A DNA stretch of 64,000 nucleotides. Source: Ostreococcus lucimarinus (lineage: Eukaryota). Under the pieces are notes generated by a model, which saw only the letters and a list, made by a program, of their open reading frames with translations, did not search any database and was not told where the DNA came from. The position numbers and the translations under genes are program-made. Location of the stretch: NCBI GenBank assembly GCA_000092065.1, contig CP000584.1; one strand, 5' to 3'. Of the stretch, positions 40,123-51,957 are shown piece after piece. Each line of letters opens with the position of its first letter. Position 1 is the stretch's first letter.

Positions 40123-40749
40123 GCGCGACGGCGGACGCGTCGTCCGCGTCGTCGCGCGACACGGCGACGCGCGATGCGGATCGACGCGCGCGCGCCGACG
40201 CCGCCGCTGTGGGCGACGGCGCCGCCGAGACCGAGACGACGCGAATCGACGCGCGACGCGTCCGCGCGCGACGACGCGGACGCGGACGACGACGACGCGT
40301 TCGAGTGCGCGTACGAATTGGACGCGGCGTGGGCGGCGCGATTCGCGGCGACGGCGAAAAAACGAGCGGCGCGACGCGGGAGGGCGCGCGCGGGGCGAGG
40401 GCGGGCGCGGGACGGGACGAGGGCGGTGGGCTCGGGGGACGACGGGACGCGCGCGCGCGCGGAGGCGGCGGCGAGACGCGCGGAGACGCTGGCGCGAGCG
40501 GCGGCGACGGCGCGGGCGAAGCGCGCGGGCGAGGGCGAGGAGGAGGACGAGGAGGGAAGAGACGCGTGGTACGGCGCGGGAGGGGCGGCGGCGGTGGCGA
40601 TGGCGGAGGGGAAGTTGAACGCGGCGTTCGACGCGTGGTTGGACGCGGGCGAAGCGCGTTGGTGGCCGAGCGGTTTGCGATGAACGGCGAAGTTCATTCG
40701 GGTAGTTTAGGTAGCTTAGCTCGTGTTAATTTAGGTGGTTTAGACTTTA

Positions 40750-43700
40750 CTACTTGGTCGAGCCAGCTCGAGTGTCGGCTTTCTCGGCTTCCTCGGCGGC
40801 GCGCTTCTGTCGAAGTTGCTTCACGTACGGCGAGGTGGATTTTCGAAGAATGGCTTCCGCGGCGGAGTCGCGCACTTGTTTCCTGAGCGCCAAATCTTTG
40901 ATGACTGCCTTCTTTCTCTGGTCGTCGTCGGGTAAGTGCGCCACGGCGGCCAACATGTCTGCTTCGACTTGCTTTCGCGCCTTGATTTGTTTCCAGCGAC
41001 GCAAGAAAATGGAACCGGCAGACTTCTCGGCGGCGAGTGGCCACAACACGCTCGGCGCGTACGTTTGCCAGATTCCCTTCTTCACTTTGTACTCGATCTC
41101 AGCTTTTCCTTGCTCTCGAGTGTTTTCGAGAATATTCTTTTGCCGGCGTGTGCTCTTTTTCATTTCTTCCACCGGCACGATGCCGCGCATAACCTTCCTC
41201 TTCCTTGAATCACCGATTCGCGTCGTGCTCACGAAGATTTCTTGCCGAGCGTCTTCCTCGAGCGCTGGAACATCCGATCTCGAAGCCGATCTCGAAGCGA
41301 AGTATTCGTCGTCCGAGTCTTCTTCATGCTTGCCGCTTCTGCGCTTCAACGCTGCGCCAGCCGCGTGTACCGGCACCCTGAACGCATCGTTGAGGATGGT
41401 ATTCACGCGCGACCATTCGAGAAGGGTGAATAAAACGAGAGGTATGATGAAGACACGATACTTCATCGTGTTGAAGCCGAGCGTCGGAAGACCGAAAGCG
41501 ACCATGATTTGGCTGAACACGAGGCTGAAATACATCTTTCCGACGAGCCACGCCCACATGGACGTCCCCGCGGAGTACTGTTGGATGTAGTGATAGACCA
41601 TGTTGTGCTTCCAGAAAATGTAGAAAAAACCGAAGAAGACGCCGCACACCGGAAGTAAAACTGGTGCGACGACGGTGTAAATTATGCCGATGAAGAACAC
41701 CAACATCGTTTGCGCGGGAACCCGATGGCTCGGCGTGGGCGTCGGTTGAGCCCAGATGAGTCTCTTTGCGAAAGCCGGCCACGTGCGCGCTCGACTGCGG
41801 TATAGCAAGCACTTTGTGACGAAGCCGAGGAGTACCGGAGGATGGATCAACTCGAGAACCGGTGAAGTCGCGGTACGAAGCATGACGAACTGGAGGAAGA
41901 AAGTACTGGTATTCATCAACCTCAAGATGAACTGGTACGTGAACAAGTGCGGCTTTTGCATCCACACGAGGACGTCCTTCCACAGGGGCGTCGTGTTCAG
42001 GTTGGAAAAGACCAAGTTGAGAATGAGAAGCCAAAAGTACATAGACGCACCGAATGAGTCCATAGCGCTGACCGAGACGTAGCCAGTTTGCCGACTCACG
42101 ACCAAGCTTAAAATGTGACCGACGACGAGGAACACCGTCAACACAATTGACAGGATGATGTTGTAAATAGACTCGCCAAACACGCTCACGAGAGAGTCCT
42201 TGACGTCGGCGACAGCCGCGACAGCGATATTGACAGGGTACATGAAGAATAGAGAAATGGCCACGGCGATAAAAAAAGCCTGAGTCGTCTTTTTTGCGCG
42301 TTCGACGGATGTCAAGGAGAGATTGTGCCACACGACATCAGAGTTGCCTGGCGCCGGTTCGGTGACCCACTGCCCGGGAACGTCGTCAATTTGAATTTGA
42401 GAGGCTATGACGGCGTCCATTTGTCTCGCAAATACCACGACCGCACTACACGCGGGTCGGTGGTTGTTGATGTATTCATCGCGAGTGGAGATGAAAACAT
42501 CGAAGCGTTGCGCCTCGGCTCTCTTCAACGAATCCATATCTTTCAACGCTTTCGCAAGTTGAGTCGATTCCCCCCAGCTGAGTCCTCCAGTCTTTTCGGT
42601 CTCTTGTAAGTCGGCGATCGCTTGCATGTTCTGTGTGACGTGCTCGCGGGCATTCGCCCAGGCTTTCGCGGCGCTATCAAGCTTTCGAGTATCCGAGGCG
42701 AGCATTTTGAAAGCGATGCAGTCTTTGCCGAGGACGCTCTCAAACTTGCTGATGACAAGGTTCATCGACTCCTCCTTGTATAAAAGCCGAAGCTTGGCGG
42801 AATCACCGGAAGATTGCACGGTGCCATCGTTGAGTAAAAGCTTAAATCTCCCCAGGCAGCCGACTTCTTCGTCGTCGAAGATTTTGTCGAGTTTCTTCAC
42901 AGAACCTCGCACACTCTTTTTGACTTTAAGAATATCTTTGACGCTGCCGGTGTTAAGCTGTTCAAACTTTTTCGGTGCCGGAGCCGTGGTTAACAAGGGC
43001 ATATCCTTGACGAGGATTGCGTTCGCTTTAATACCAGTCTTATCGGGATCCACCGTCCACATCATGTGGACGTACTTACGCGACTCGACGCGAATCAAAG
43101 AAATCAGGAAGAGACTTGTGATCCAGGTGAAAGCCATGGCGGCCGCGAAAGAAGATTCGGTTCGAGCATTGAGCAGTGTGTATTTCGCGATACCGCTCTT
43201 TTCGAGAGTTGTAAGTATCTTCGAGCCCGCATCTGCGCTTGGTACGGTATCGGCGGCGTACAAACTCATGAGAATTGGACAACATACGGCGCCGGCGGTG
43301 AAGAAGAAGCGACTGGATAACTTGAACCAGCGGACGAGCATGTACTCGTCTGGGGTGGTGAACTCTTTCATCCAATTATTATCGCGGTGATAAGCGTCAT
43401 AAAGCCACGACCATGCATTGTCGTCTCTCGGTTTGGGAATCTGAATTTCTCGCGGCGGGTACTTGGGGTTGCCCTTTTCAACCCACGCCGCCGAGTCGAT
43501 CGCCATCCGGAGCCATACGATTTTACGCAACATAACAAAGAGGATGAGAAGGAATGAAAACAGACCCGCGTAAGACCCTACCAGCGTCCCCACTTCGGAC
43601 ATTGCGATCTGCGTATCGCAGGAGTCGTCGTTGTCACAAATCTCCAGATAATAGCACGAAATACCCGCGCCCGTTTGCTTGATACCTTCGATAGAAAAGT

Positions 43701-44115
43701 CGCCAGCGTACACCACCGGATAGTATCCAGCACCAGTATCGCACGCGATGCAGTCCATCTGATCCGACGGCGGACACCCACCCATGACGCGATAACTCGA
43801 CGCGTTCACCTGCGCCACCTTACCCCACGGCGCCACGTTACCCGCGTTCAAGCTCACCATCGGCGGATTCGACGTGCTTTGCAGCGTGTGAATCGTTCGC
43901 AGGTCGTTATCCTTCTCATTAAACAACCAATGCGAGCGCACCGCGCAATCCCCGGCGCATCCCGGCGGGCACGGACACCGTTGGCCTTGCTCGTCCAACA
44001 GCGTCGCCGTGATCCACGCCGCCGAGTCCCACGGCGTTCGCGTTCGCGGCGGTTGCACCTTCGTGAGCTCGCTCGTCGGCGTCGCGCCGTAGTTTTCTTG
44101 CGTCGGCGTCGCCAT
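40750..44115 (-). CDS. OSCA/CSC1/TMEM63-family mechanosensitive or hyperosmolality-gated cation channel with an extended Cys-rich N-terminal ectodomain
   Basis: The ATG is confirmed (cat at 44113-44115). TM0/TM1/TM2 are followed by the family-specific cytosolic domain (ILVKDMP ... SAVVVFARQMDAVIASQIQ ... QWVTEPAPGNSDVVWHNL). This is followed by the 7-TM RSN1 region (QAFFIAVAISLFF ... MLVFFIGIIYTVVAPVLLPVCGVFFGFFYIFWKHNMVYHY). About 300 aa precede the first TM and contain CPCPPGCAGDC-type clusters. Confidence 0.8.
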   Translation of the reverse strand: MATPTQENYGATPTSELTKVQPPRTRTPWDSAAWITATLLDEQGQRCPCPPGCAGDCAVRSHWLFNEKDNDLRTIHTLQSTSNPPMVSLNAGNVAPWGKVAQVNASSYRVMGGCPPSDQMDCIACDTGAGYYPVVYAGDFSIEGIKQTGAGISCYYLEICDNDDSCDTQIAMSEVGTLVGSYAGLFSFLLILFVMLRKIVWLRMAIDSAAWVEKGNPKYPPREIQIPKPRDDNAWSWLYDAYHRDNNWMKEFTTPDEYMLVRWFKLSSRFFFTAGAVCCPILMSLYAADTVPSADAGSKILTTLEKSGIAKYTLLNARTESSFAAAMAFTWITSLFLISLIRVESRKYVHMMWTVDPDKTGIKANAILVKDMPLLTTAPAPKKFEQLNTGSVKDILKVKKSVRGSVKKLDKIFDDEEVGCLGRFKLLLNDGTVQSSGDSAKLRLLYKEESMNLVISKFESVLGKDCIAFKMLASDTRKLDSAAKAWANAREHVTQNMQAIADLQETEKTGGLSWGESTQLAKALKDMDSLKRAEAQRFDVFISTRDEYINNHRPACSAVVVFARQMDAVIASQIQIDDVPGQWVTEPAPGNSDVVWHNLSLTSVERAKKTTQAFFIAVAISLFFMYPVNIAVAAVADVKDSLVSVFGESIYNIILSIVLTVFLVVGHILSLVVSRQTGYVSVSAMDSFGASMYFWLLILNLVFSNLNTTPLWKDVLVWMQKPHLFTYQFILRLMNTSTFFLQFVMLRTATSPVLELIHPPVLLGFVTKCLLYRSRARTWPAFAKRLIWAQPTPTPSHRVPAQTMLVFFIGIIYTVVAPVLLPVCGVFFGFFYIFWKHNMVYHYIQQYSAGTSMWAWLVGKMYFSLVFSQIMVAFGLPTLGFNTMKYRVFIIPLVLFTLLEWSRVNTILNDAFRVPVHAAGAALKRRSGKHEEDSDDEYFASRSASRSDVPALEEDARQEIFVSTTRIGDSRKRKVMRGIVPVEEMKKSTRRQKNILENTREQGKAEIEYKVKKGIWQTYAPSVLWPLAAEKSAGSIFLRRWKQIKARKQVEADMLAAVAHLPDDDQRKKAVIKDLALRKQVRDSAAEAILRKSTSPYVKQLRQKRAAEEAEKADTRAGSTK

Positions 44116-44525
44116 GGCGGCGCGCGACGCCTTTTATCGCGCGCGCGCGTCGTCGCACCACCCGCGACGGTTTCGATGCTCAACCACCCTCGCCGGCGTC
44201 GTTCGCGTCGCGCGCCGAACGCGCGCGCCGCGCGCGAGACCGCGACGGCGCGCTCGAAAACGCTCGCACTCTCGCGCGCGGGGCTCTCGGGGCGATCGCG
44301 CGGGAGGGCGCGAGGCAGTGCGGCGCGATCGGCGCGCGATGCGGTCGGTCGCGCATTCCGACGCGGCGAAGATTTTAACATTTTCGCACAGGGGTGAGGG
44401 TCGAGGGGGCGCGCGCGCGGGGCGGCGGGCGAGGGACGCGCGCGCGCGCGAACGAACGAACGAACGGACGAACGAATCGCGATGAATGTGGTGGTGTTAA
44501 ACTCTAAGCGTCGCGCGGGCGCGGA

Positions 44526-47500
44526 TCAGCCGCGACGCTTGCTCAATCGCCACGCGTTCGGATCGTTGTAGCGATCGTACAGGGGCTCGATTTTCTCGCT
44601 CTTTTTGCGCTTGCTCAGATGGCGAGGGTCGCTGAGCTTGAAAAAGCGCGGAGCGAGCTCGACGAGCCATTTGGGGTCGATGGCGCAGACTTCACGCATG
44701 TACTCCTTGGTCGTGAGCACGAGCTCGTGGTAGATGACCCAGTCGGGCTGACGTTGGAAGAGCGCGCTCGAGGGGTGAATGTACGTCGGAGTCTGCTCGA
44801 CGATGGTTTTGTAACCCTCCTGCGGATCTTTCTTGGCGCCGTGGAAGAAGAAACCCGAGCAGATGGCTTTGCGAACTTTGTTGTAGTTGCGTCCAGCGCT
44901 CGTGGTGCCGAGCTTGTATCGATCCATGATGGTGAGAAGTTGTTTACGGACGTCTTGCGCGCGCTTCATCGAACGCGCCTGTAAAAAGTTCTCGTAACAC
45001 CAAGGTTCGCTGAAACCTTGAGCCTTCCACGCCTCATACACCGACAACAATGTCAAATGGTCGCCTTCGGCTTGGAAAAACTTGTTCTTCTTCGCGTCCG
45101 CCTGCGCTTGCTTTTCCTTCGGGCGGTGGAAGATATTTTGAGCGCTCAGCATGGCGACGATGGTCAAAATTTCCTCAGAACACCCGAGATCAACGCTCGC
45201 GATGAGCATCTTACTCATCGGCGGCTCCAATGGAAACTCTGCCATCTTGCGCCCGAGTCGAGTGAGCAAGCCTTCCTCATCTAACGCGCCTAAATTGTAC
45301 AGTTGCTCCAAAGCCGTGACGAGCGTCGCCGGTGGAGGCGGGTCCATGAAATCAAAATTAATCAAGTCGTTGATCCCCATAGCTTTCATCGTCAGCACCG
45401 TCATGCTCAGGTTCGTCCTTTGAATTTCTGGCACCGATGTCGGGAGCATTTCGTTCTTGAACGCACTTTCCGTGTACAATCTATAACACTTGCCGGGACC
45501 TGTACGACCGGCGCGACCGGCTCGCTGTCGAGCTGAAGCCTGTGAAATCGGAGCCACGATGAGAGAGTCCATGGAAATCTTAGGATTGTACACTTTTTGT
45601 TTTGAAAACCCGGGATCGACGACGTAGAAGATGCCGTCAATAGTGAGCGAGGCTTCGGCAATGTTTGTCGCGATGACGCACTTGCGACTGCCGGGCGGCG
45701 CCGGCTCAAAAATGCGCGTCTGCTGTTCGCTAGGAAGAGCAGAGTACACCGGCAAGACGTGTAACTCTGGAACCGCTGGACCTAATGCGCGCATACGATC
45801 GAATAGAATCTCCGCAGCCGCATCAATCTCTTCTTGACCCGTGAGGAACAGTAAGATGTCGCCCTCGGGCTCTGTGAGGTGGATTTGCATCACCGTGATC
45901 AAAGCGGCATCAAGATAGTCGCTCTCGGGAGCTTTAGTATACAATACTTCGACAGGAAACGTTCGACCAGGAATGGTGAAAATGGGGCAATCGAAAAAGT
46001 ACGTCGAAAACTTTTCGGCGTCCAAAGTAGCTGACGTCACGATGATTTTCAAGTCTTTTCGCTTTGCGCAGCACTTCTTCAGCAATCCGAACAATACGTC
46101 CGTGTGGATCGTTCTTTCGTGTGCCTCATCGAGCATGATGACGCAATACTGCGATAACAAGTCATCCAACAAAGCCTCGCGAAGTAGCATACCATCGGTC
46201 ATGTACTTGATAACTGTGTCCTGTGACGTGCAGTCTTCGAAACGAATCGCGTAACCAACCTCTTCACCGAGTCGACAGCCGTACTCCTCGGCGACACGCT
46301 TGGCTACGGACATTGCGGCCACACGCCTTGGTTGCGTGCATCCTATTCTACCCCGTGACGTATACCCAGCCTCGGCCAAGTATTGGGTCATCTGCGTCGT
46401 TTTCCCCGAACCCGTCTCGCCAATCACCACTAAAATCTGATTTTCATTCACCGCTTGAATCAATTGATCGCGCAGTTTATAAATCGGTAGCGTCTGCCGT
46501 AATTGATGAATGGGCATCGTCTGTGGCTGGCCCATCCTTTGACCTTGGCCCATGGACTTGGCCTTCCAAGCGGGCATATCGCGGCCTCCGCGACTGCCGC
46601 CGTACTGTCGAGCCTCCTCTGTCAACGACGCATCGCCCTGTCTTCTCATCGGATCCTCCCACGGACGCGCCGCTACTTGACCCTCGGCCTCAGTATTTGC
46701 TCGCTGCTGCTGATCGCGAAGCTCGCGTCGCTCTTTCGCCAGCGTGGCTTGCGTCATGGCGGCGCGTTGCATGGAACCATCTGGGTTTTTGACAATTTTA
46801 ATCGGCGAAACGTCACCCGTGCTCGCCGCAGTTTGTCCCTGCAAGAACGGCGCCTCGTCTTCGTTGATCTCGATTTCAACTTCCTCTTCAGCTTCTTCTT
46901 CGTAGGATAGCATGCCGTCGTTTTCCGGATCGAATTGCGGATAGTCTTGCACCTTCAACACCCCGCTCGCGATGAGCTGCCGAGCTTCCCACAGCTCCGG
47001 CGAACTCAGCCTCTTTGCAGGTCGTTTGCGCGAGGCTGTGTTTGCTTCATCCAAAGTGCTGGCATCGATGCCAGAAAGGCCTTTAAGTGACGCCATTCCC
47101 CCTGCTGCTGACGGCCCGGGTGGCGGTAAATTCCTCGGCGCTGGATTACTTCTGTTACCGCCAAACGTGGCGCGCGCAGTCTCCTTCCCCGAGATTTGGT
47201 CCACATCCTTCATCGACAGCGATATCTTGTTTCCGTTACGATTCAAAACTTTGACAAACACGCTCTCACCTCGCCTCGCGCCGTCCTTTGCGCTTTTCAG
47301 GTGTCGATCGGTAATGGCGCTCACGTGCACCAAGCCCTCCGCCTTGCGCTTGAACTCCACCAACTCCACAAAGGCTCCGAAATCCATCACATTTGTCACC
47401 CTTCCGCGGTACACCCCACCCACACTTGGCTCACCATCTCGCGTCTTCTCATCGCTCTTCGTCTGCGCGCTCGCAAGCGAGTGCGAAACCTCCCTCTCGT

Positions 47501-47933
47501 TCGCCCGTTCGCTCTTGCTCGGGTCGTCCGCCGCGTTTGCGAGCGCGTCCCGGTCCCCGTATAATTCCCTCGTCAACGCCTTCGCGTGCGAATCATCGTC
47601 CCGCACCGCAAGTCCAGGAAAGTTTGCGTCGCCGCTCGACCTTCCAGACGTCCCCGCGCTTCCCGCAGTCGCCGCATTTGTCCCGCGCGCCGTCCCGCTC
47701 GGCTTCTTCCGCATCCGCTGAATCAGCCCAAGCAAAGATTCCGCGAACGCATCGTCCACTTCTGCGCCGACCGCGCCAAGCGCCTTCCGAAACGTCACCG
47801 GAGTGTCGTTTTCGTCCGTGAGCGCGATGACGAACTCGCTCAGCGTCTTATCGGCGATCCCGAGGTGATTTTCGAGCTCCTTCGTGACTTTGTTCACGAG
47901 CGAGAGCTGCGCGAGTTTGGCGAGCGCCGCCAT
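44526..47933 (-). CDS. DHX8: Pre-mRNA-splicing factor ATP-dependent RNA helicase DHX8/Prp22 (DEAH-box)
   Basis: The start was placed at the internal ATG (cat at 47931-47933) giving [16 protein letters not shown]. The listed ORF begins at a TTG. The S1 domain is [25 protein letters not shown] helicase motifs are present ([27 protein letters not shown]), plus the HA2 and OB C-terminus. Confidence 0.9.
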   Translation of the reverse strand: MAALAKLAQLSLVNKVTKELENHLGIADKTLSEFVIALTDENDTPVTFRKALGAVGAEVDDAFAESLLGLIQRMRKKPSGTARGTNAATAGSAGTSGRSSGDANFPGLAVRDDDSHAKALTRELYGDRDALANAADDPSKSERANEREVSHSLASAQTKSDEKTRDGEPSVGGVYRGRVTNVMDFGAFVELVEFKRKAEGLVHVSAITDRHLKSAKDGARRGESVFVKVLNRNGNKISLSMKDVDQISGKETARATFGGNRSNPAPRNLPPPGPSAAGGMASLKGLSGIDASTLDEANTASRKRPAKRLSSPELWEARQLIASGVLKVQDYPQFDPENDGMLSYEEEAEEEVEIEINEDEAPFLQGQTAASTGDVSPIKIVKNPDGSMQRAAMTQATLAKERRELRDQQQRANTEAEGQVAARPWEDPMRRQGDASLTEEARQYGGSRGGRDMPAWKAKSMGQGQRMGQPQTMPIHQLRQTLPIYKLRDQLIQAVNENQILVVIGETGSGKTTQMTQYLAEAGYTSRGRIGCTQPRRVAAMSVAKRVAEEYGCRLGEEVGYAIRFEDCTSQDTVIKYMTDGMLLREALLDDLLSQYCVIMLDEAHERTIHTDVLFGLLKKCCAKRKDLKIIVTSATLDAEKFSTYFFDCPIFTIPGRTFPVEVLYTKAPESDYLDAALITVMQIHLTEPEGDILLFLTGQEEIDAAAEILFDRMRALGPAVPELHVLPVYSALPSEQQTRIFEPAPPGSRKCVIATNIAEASLTIDGIFYVVDPGFSKQKVYNPKISMDSLIVAPISQASARQRAGRAGRTGPGKCYRLYTESAFKNEMLPTSVPEIQRTNLSMTVLTMKAMGINDLINFDFMDPPPPATLVTALEQLYNLGALDEEGLLTRLGRKMAEFPLEPPMSKMLIASVDLGCSEEILTIVAMLSAQNIFHRPKEKQAQADAKKNKFFQAEGDHLTLLSVYEAWKAQGFSEPWCYENFLQARSMKRAQDVRKQLLTIMDRYKLGTTSAGRNYNKVRKAICSGFFFHGAKKDPQEGYKTIVEQTPTYIHPSSALFQRQPDWVIYHELVLTTKEYMREVCAIDPKWLVELAPRFFKLSDPRHLSKRKKSEKIEPLYDRYNDPNAWRLSKRRG

Positions 47934-48118
47934 CGGGACGCCGAGCGGGCGCGCCGTGACGCGCGGTGATGAGTTTCGCGATCGCACGGCCGCACGCGCG
48001 AGATGCGGGTGGACTGGACGCGAGTCACGATGTGAGGATCGAGCAATGCCAGGGACGACGGCTGGACGACGGCTGGCGACGAGCGCAGTGGTGCGCAAGG
48101 CGTTACAAATACAATGGG

Positions 48119-50869
48119 TTATAAGTCGATCAAGTTGCCGGTGGCGGGTCCAGATGCGTCCGATGGCGGTTGCGAGGACGTCGACGGCGCTGACGGAAAC
48201 GCAGGGGCGAAGAGAGTCCAATTCGGGGTGAAAATTGACGTCTCAGCGGCTTGAACTTCGTGCGCGCGGTACGAGTCGATGAAAGAGGGATGGCATCCCG
48301 CGAGCGCACCGACGAAGGCAACGCGACGGCGTGATGGCTCATCGGCGCTGTCATCAGATTCTGCGAAAAAGCACCGGGCGAAGGTCGCGCACACGGCGGC
48401 GGTGTCGGTGGGCAAACTTGTTTGCGCACGCTCGTCGTCGATGCGCTTGATGAGCGTCGCCGCGTGTGCGAGCGCCGCTCTCGTCTTCCCCGAGACGTGC
48501 TTGTTAAGGACGCTGTTGATGAAATCTCTGGTTGGGAAAGAATCCAGAGGCATGGAGTCCACGACGCTCGTAATTTCTGGCTTTTCCAGCACGCGCTGCG
48601 GGAGCGCGGAGAAGAGCGAGATGAGTGCTTCACCGACGTCGTACGCGTTGCCGCCGATGGCGCTCAGTTTCACCGAATTCGCTCGATTAGTGTGGAATGC
48701 ATTGGCAATCTTCGCAAGTACCCCTCGTGTACGAACATTCTCAAAGGGTACGCGGAAAAGTCCCGGCGCCGCACTCACTTTCTCGTGTAGAAAGTCTACG
48801 AGACTTGTCACGACTTGCGGAACGTTTGGCGGAATCGCCGACGTTGGAAGATCTTCGAAAGGCGTGCCAAACGTGCATGGTTGGTACGTCCCTTGGACAG
48901 AAACGAAAAAATCCCTCCCACCCTCGAGCCTGACGACCAAAATCGCGTCGACATGCTTTGGTTTGGCATCCACGTGTATGAGCGAGTCGTCGCCGTATCT
49001 CGTCAGCGAATCGTGACTAAACGCGCTCGGACCCGACCTTCGTCCACCCCGAACGCATGCGGTGACGTTCAGAATGACTTCCTCACCTGGTAACAAGCTA
49101 CCACTCATCGGGTAGACGGACATCCAACCGGGAGTCGCCGGACCACCCGGTATCGGAGAAACGAGACTGAAGTTGGCCGGGACGTCGCCGACGTTTGAAA
49201 GCCTAAACTTACCGGCCACTTCCTCGGAGTAGCGCAAACGGCCCAAATCGACGCTTGCGTTCTCTATTGCGCATACCGGCATAGACGCCATCTCGACGTG
49301 ATCAAGCTTTCGACGCAAATCGAACAAAAGGCTGTGCAGTTTTTTTGGTTCAAGCTCTCGAACCACTAGCGAAAATACGGCGTACACTGGCTTGTGATCT
49401 GAGTGCGTCAGCTCGGCACGGCCATACTCCAACAGGTTGATATCAAAATCACCGTTCCACAGCACTCGATCGCACCAGGCTGGAGTGCGTTTCTTCTCCT
49501 CCTCTTTTCTCTGAGAGCCGCCAACTTCGTCCAGATCCGCATCGCCCGCTCCGCTATAAATGTTTGTGCCCGGTCTATACTTGTACGTCGGCGCGAAAGT
49601 GACTTCGCTTTCGTGCCATCCTCTAAATGCACGCCCGGCACTGCGTTCGATGTTCAGTTGATCAGACGCCAGTAGGCTCGAATAGTTTCCCGCGGCGATT
49701 GACTTGCGCACGACGTCGTCGGACAACGTCAATCGATAGTTCAAGTCCCCCATCCAGATCGAGCTCGCAGCATCCGCGACGGAATACTCCGACGCATCCG
49801 CGCCTTCGGGCGGCAAAAATCTCAGCTGGTCCATAATTGTGCTATAATCTTCGTTCCGCTTGATTTCATCGCCCGGTTTCGAGCCCGCGCTCAAGTGCGA
49901 GCACACGAAAACCAAAGGCGTGCTGTAAAGTTTCATCCAAACAGCGCACGCACCCTTGTTTCCTAGTATACCGACGCCAATATTAAACCCAGTCGCCACC
50001 GTTCCAACGCGTACGTCTTGGATATGCGGCAGCAGCGATGCCTTCACCCACACGGTTATGTACACGCCGACGAGTTGCTTCTGCGCCACAGGTCTATACT
50101 TCGCGGCGCCCTGTTTCGACTTTGGCGGCCTCCAACTCGAACCCTCACGAATCGCAAAGTCACTTATATCTTCCTCCTCGTCACCACCGTCGAAGGATAC
50201 CCATTTCACCGTCTCGGGCGTTGCTTGCCCCGACGTCGTCGCGAACGACGCCTCCGTCGCGTCGTCGGCGTCAAACTCCGCGGTGTAATCACTCAGCACC
50301 CCGCGTCGCTTCGTCGCCGGCTGATTCGCCGCCGAGCCATTCAACGCCTTATCCAGCACGCGTTCCCACGCCTCCGTCATCGCGCTGTCCTCTCCCACGA
50401 GCACCTTGCCAACGTTGAGCGGGACGATTTCCTGAAAACCAACCGCCACGACGTCCGCCGCGTCGTCGTCGTCCCACGTCCCTCCCTCGCCCTCGTCCAA
50501 CCTCCCGCGATTGCGCACCCACTCCTTGACGTCCGCGTCCGCCCTCGGCGCTTTCCCATTCGTGTTCCACGTCCCCGCGAACACCCGCAGCGGTCGTCGC
50601 TCCGTGTACGCGTCGATGGATTCATTCAAAAACTCTCTCCGCACCGCCGTCGACGCGATCCGCCGTCCCCACTCGCGCGCCAGCGGATGCGCGCGTTCCG
50701 TCGTCGTCGCCGTCGTCGTCGCCGTCGCGCGCGCGTCGTCGCTCGCGCTCGGGCCGTCGAAATCGCGCACCCACGCGCTCGTCGCCTCGCGCGCGCGCTC
50801 GCCGTCTCGCGCGCCGCTCGCGCTTCGCTCGCGCTCGCTCGCCGTCGCGCTCGCGAAGAGCGCGCGCAT
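48119..50869 (-). CDS. Inositol polyphosphate 5-phosphatase (OCRL/INPP5B-like) with a C-terminal ASH/RhoGAP-like region
   Basis: The ATG is confirmed. 5-phosphatase catalytic motifs are present ([34 protein letters not shown]). The RhoGAP-like C-terminus is [22 protein letters not shown]. Confidence 0.85.
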   Translation of the reverse strand: MRALFASATASERERSASGARDGERAREATSAWVRDFDGPSASDDARATATTTATTTERAHPLAREWGRRIASTAVRREFLNESIDAYTERRPLRVFAGTWNTNGKAPRADADVKEWVRNRGRLDEGEGGTWDDDDAADVVAVGFQEIVPLNVGKVLVGEDSAMTEAWERVLDKALNGSAANQPATKRRGVLSDYTAEFDADDATEASFATTSGQATPETVKWVSFDGGDEEEDISDFAIREGSSWRPPKSKQGAAKYRPVAQKQLVGVYITVWVKASLLPHIQDVRVGTVATGFNIGVGILGNKGACAVWMKLYSTPLVFVCSHLSAGSKPGDEIKRNEDYSTIMDQLRFLPPEGADASEYSVADAASSIWMGDLNYRLTLSDDVVRKSIAAGNYSSLLASDQLNIERSAGRAFRGWHESEVTFAPTYKYRPGTNIYSGAGDADLDEVGGSQRKEEEKKRTPAWCDRVLWNGDFDINLLEYGRAELTHSDHKPVYAVFSLVVRELEPKKLHSLLFDLRRKLDHVEMASMPVCAIENASVDLGRLRYSEEVAGKFRLSNVGDVPANFSLVSPIPGGPATPGWMSVYPMSGSLLPGEEVILNVTACVRGGRRSGPSAFSHDSLTRYGDDSLIHVDAKPKHVDAILVVRLEGGRDFFVSVQGTYQPCTFGTPFEDLPTSAIPPNVPQVVTSLVDFLHEKVSAAPGLFRVPFENVRTRGVLAKIANAFHTNRANSVKLSAIGGNAYDVGEALISLFSALPQRVLEKPEITSVVDSMPLDSFPTRDFINSVLNKHVSGKTRAALAHAATLIKRIDDERAQTSLPTDTAAVCATFARCFFAESDDSADEPSRRRVAFVGALAGCHPSFIDSYRAHEVQAAETSIFTPNWTLFAPAFPSAPSTSSQPPSDASGPATGNLIDL

Positions 50870-51020
50870 CTCGCGAGCGCCGCGCGCGTCGCGCCGCCGT
50901 CGCTCCGCGCGCCGCGCGACCGGTGCGCGCGGCGCAGTGCCGCGCGCGTCACTGCGCCGCGTCGAATCCGACGACGACGACGACGACGACGCGCGGCGAC
51001 GACGCGCGACGACGCGCGCG

Positions 51021-51029
51021 ACATGTCCG
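51021..51029 (+). CDS. VTI1: Putative 9-nt first exon (ATG TCC GCG) of the Vti1 gene, speculative
   Basis: The Vti1 reading frame has no in-frame ATG before the conserved IFESYEREF. The sequence ATGTCCGCG|gtgcgcgcg...gacgcag|ATATTC would give MSA-IFESYEREF using a 204-nt GT..AG intron. The donor type GTGCG is the same as in the verified SmD1 intron. Confidence 0.25.
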
Positions 51030-51233
51030 CGGTGCGCGCGCGACGCGACGCGACGCGCCTCGGACGCGCGCGACGGCGCGCGACGGCGCGAGAAGACGCG
51101 CGAGACGTTCGCGACGGCGCCGCCGACGACGCGACGACGACGCGCCGACGACGCGACGCGACGGGACGCGACGCGACGGGACGGGAGAGAGAGACTGACG
51201 ACGACGACCGCGACGCGACGGACGCGGACGCAG

Positions 51234-51902
51234 ATATTCGAGAGCTACGAGCGGGAGTTTTGCGAGTTCTCGAGCTCGATCCACCGAGGCGTCGACGGCG
51301 TGAAGACGGCGGCGGACGCGACGACGCGAGGACGACACGCGAAAGCGATCGAGGCGGATGTGGCGGAGTGCGAGGCGTTGGTGCGAAGGATGGATCTCGA
51401 GGCGCGGTCGGTGAGCGATCCGGCGGTGAAGACGCCGATGTTGAATAAGCTGAGGGACTATAAGAGCGAGTTGGCGAAGCTGAAGCGAGACGCGCGAGAG
51501 GCGAGCGCCAAAGCGGCGGAGACGGACGCGCGAGACGAGTTGTTGAACACGGCTGAGCGTGGAAACGCCGCGGGGGCGTCGGACGGGGGGATGTCCGGAC
51601 AGGCGATGGAGACGACCGAACGGTTGGCGCGCACGGGCGAGCGCATTAAAGATAGCCGCCGGTCGCTGCTGGAGACGGAGGACTTGGGCGTGAGCATTCT
51701 GCAAGACTTACAGGGACAGCGGGAAACCATCGAGCGAAGCCGCGAAGCGCTGCACGGCGCGGATGACACGATCGGGCGGTCGAGAAAGATCCTCAGCAAC
51801 ATGAGTCGTCGCGCGCAGGCAAACAAGTTTGCGTTTTACGGCGTGAGCGCGTTACTCTTCATCGCCATCTTGACCGTCATCGTGCATCGATGGAGTCGTT
51901 GA
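51234..51902 (+). CDS. VTI1: Vesicle transport v-SNARE Vti1 (Qb-SNARE), main exon
   Basis: The N-terminal Habc-like region is IFESYEREFCEF. The Qb-SNARE motif LLETEDLGVSILQDLQGQRETIERSREALHGADDTIGRSRKILSNMSRR is followed by a TM anchor FAFYGVSALLFIAILTVIV. The stop is at 51900-51902. Confidence 0.75.
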   Translation: MFESYEREFCEFSSSIHRGVDGVKTAADATTRGRHAKAIEADVAECEALVRRMDLEARSVSDPAVKTPMLNKLRDYKSELAKLKRDAREASAKAAETDARDELLNTAERGNAAGASDGGMSGQAMETTERLARTGERIKDSRRSLLETEDLGVSILQDLQGQRETIERSREALHGADDTIGRSRKILSNMSRRAQANKFAFYGVSALLFIAILTVIVHRWSR

Positions 51903-51957
51903 TCGTTTACGCGCTGTCATCATACATGTACAACCAAATTACAGCTGAACTACAACC

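Noticed and set aside
40008-40886. R/G-rich ORFs on both strands in the 40.0-40.9 kb interval
   Set aside because: This is GC-rich intergenic or 3'-UTR DNA containing the palindromic region. The translations are poly-Arg/Gly/Ala.
50018-51448. 476-aa + ORF and the R-rich ORFs 50626-51024 and 50949-51704
   Set aside because: They span the INPP5 start and the Vti1 upstream region and translate as poly-Arg/Ala. They are alternative frames of real genes or intergenic GC-rich DNA.
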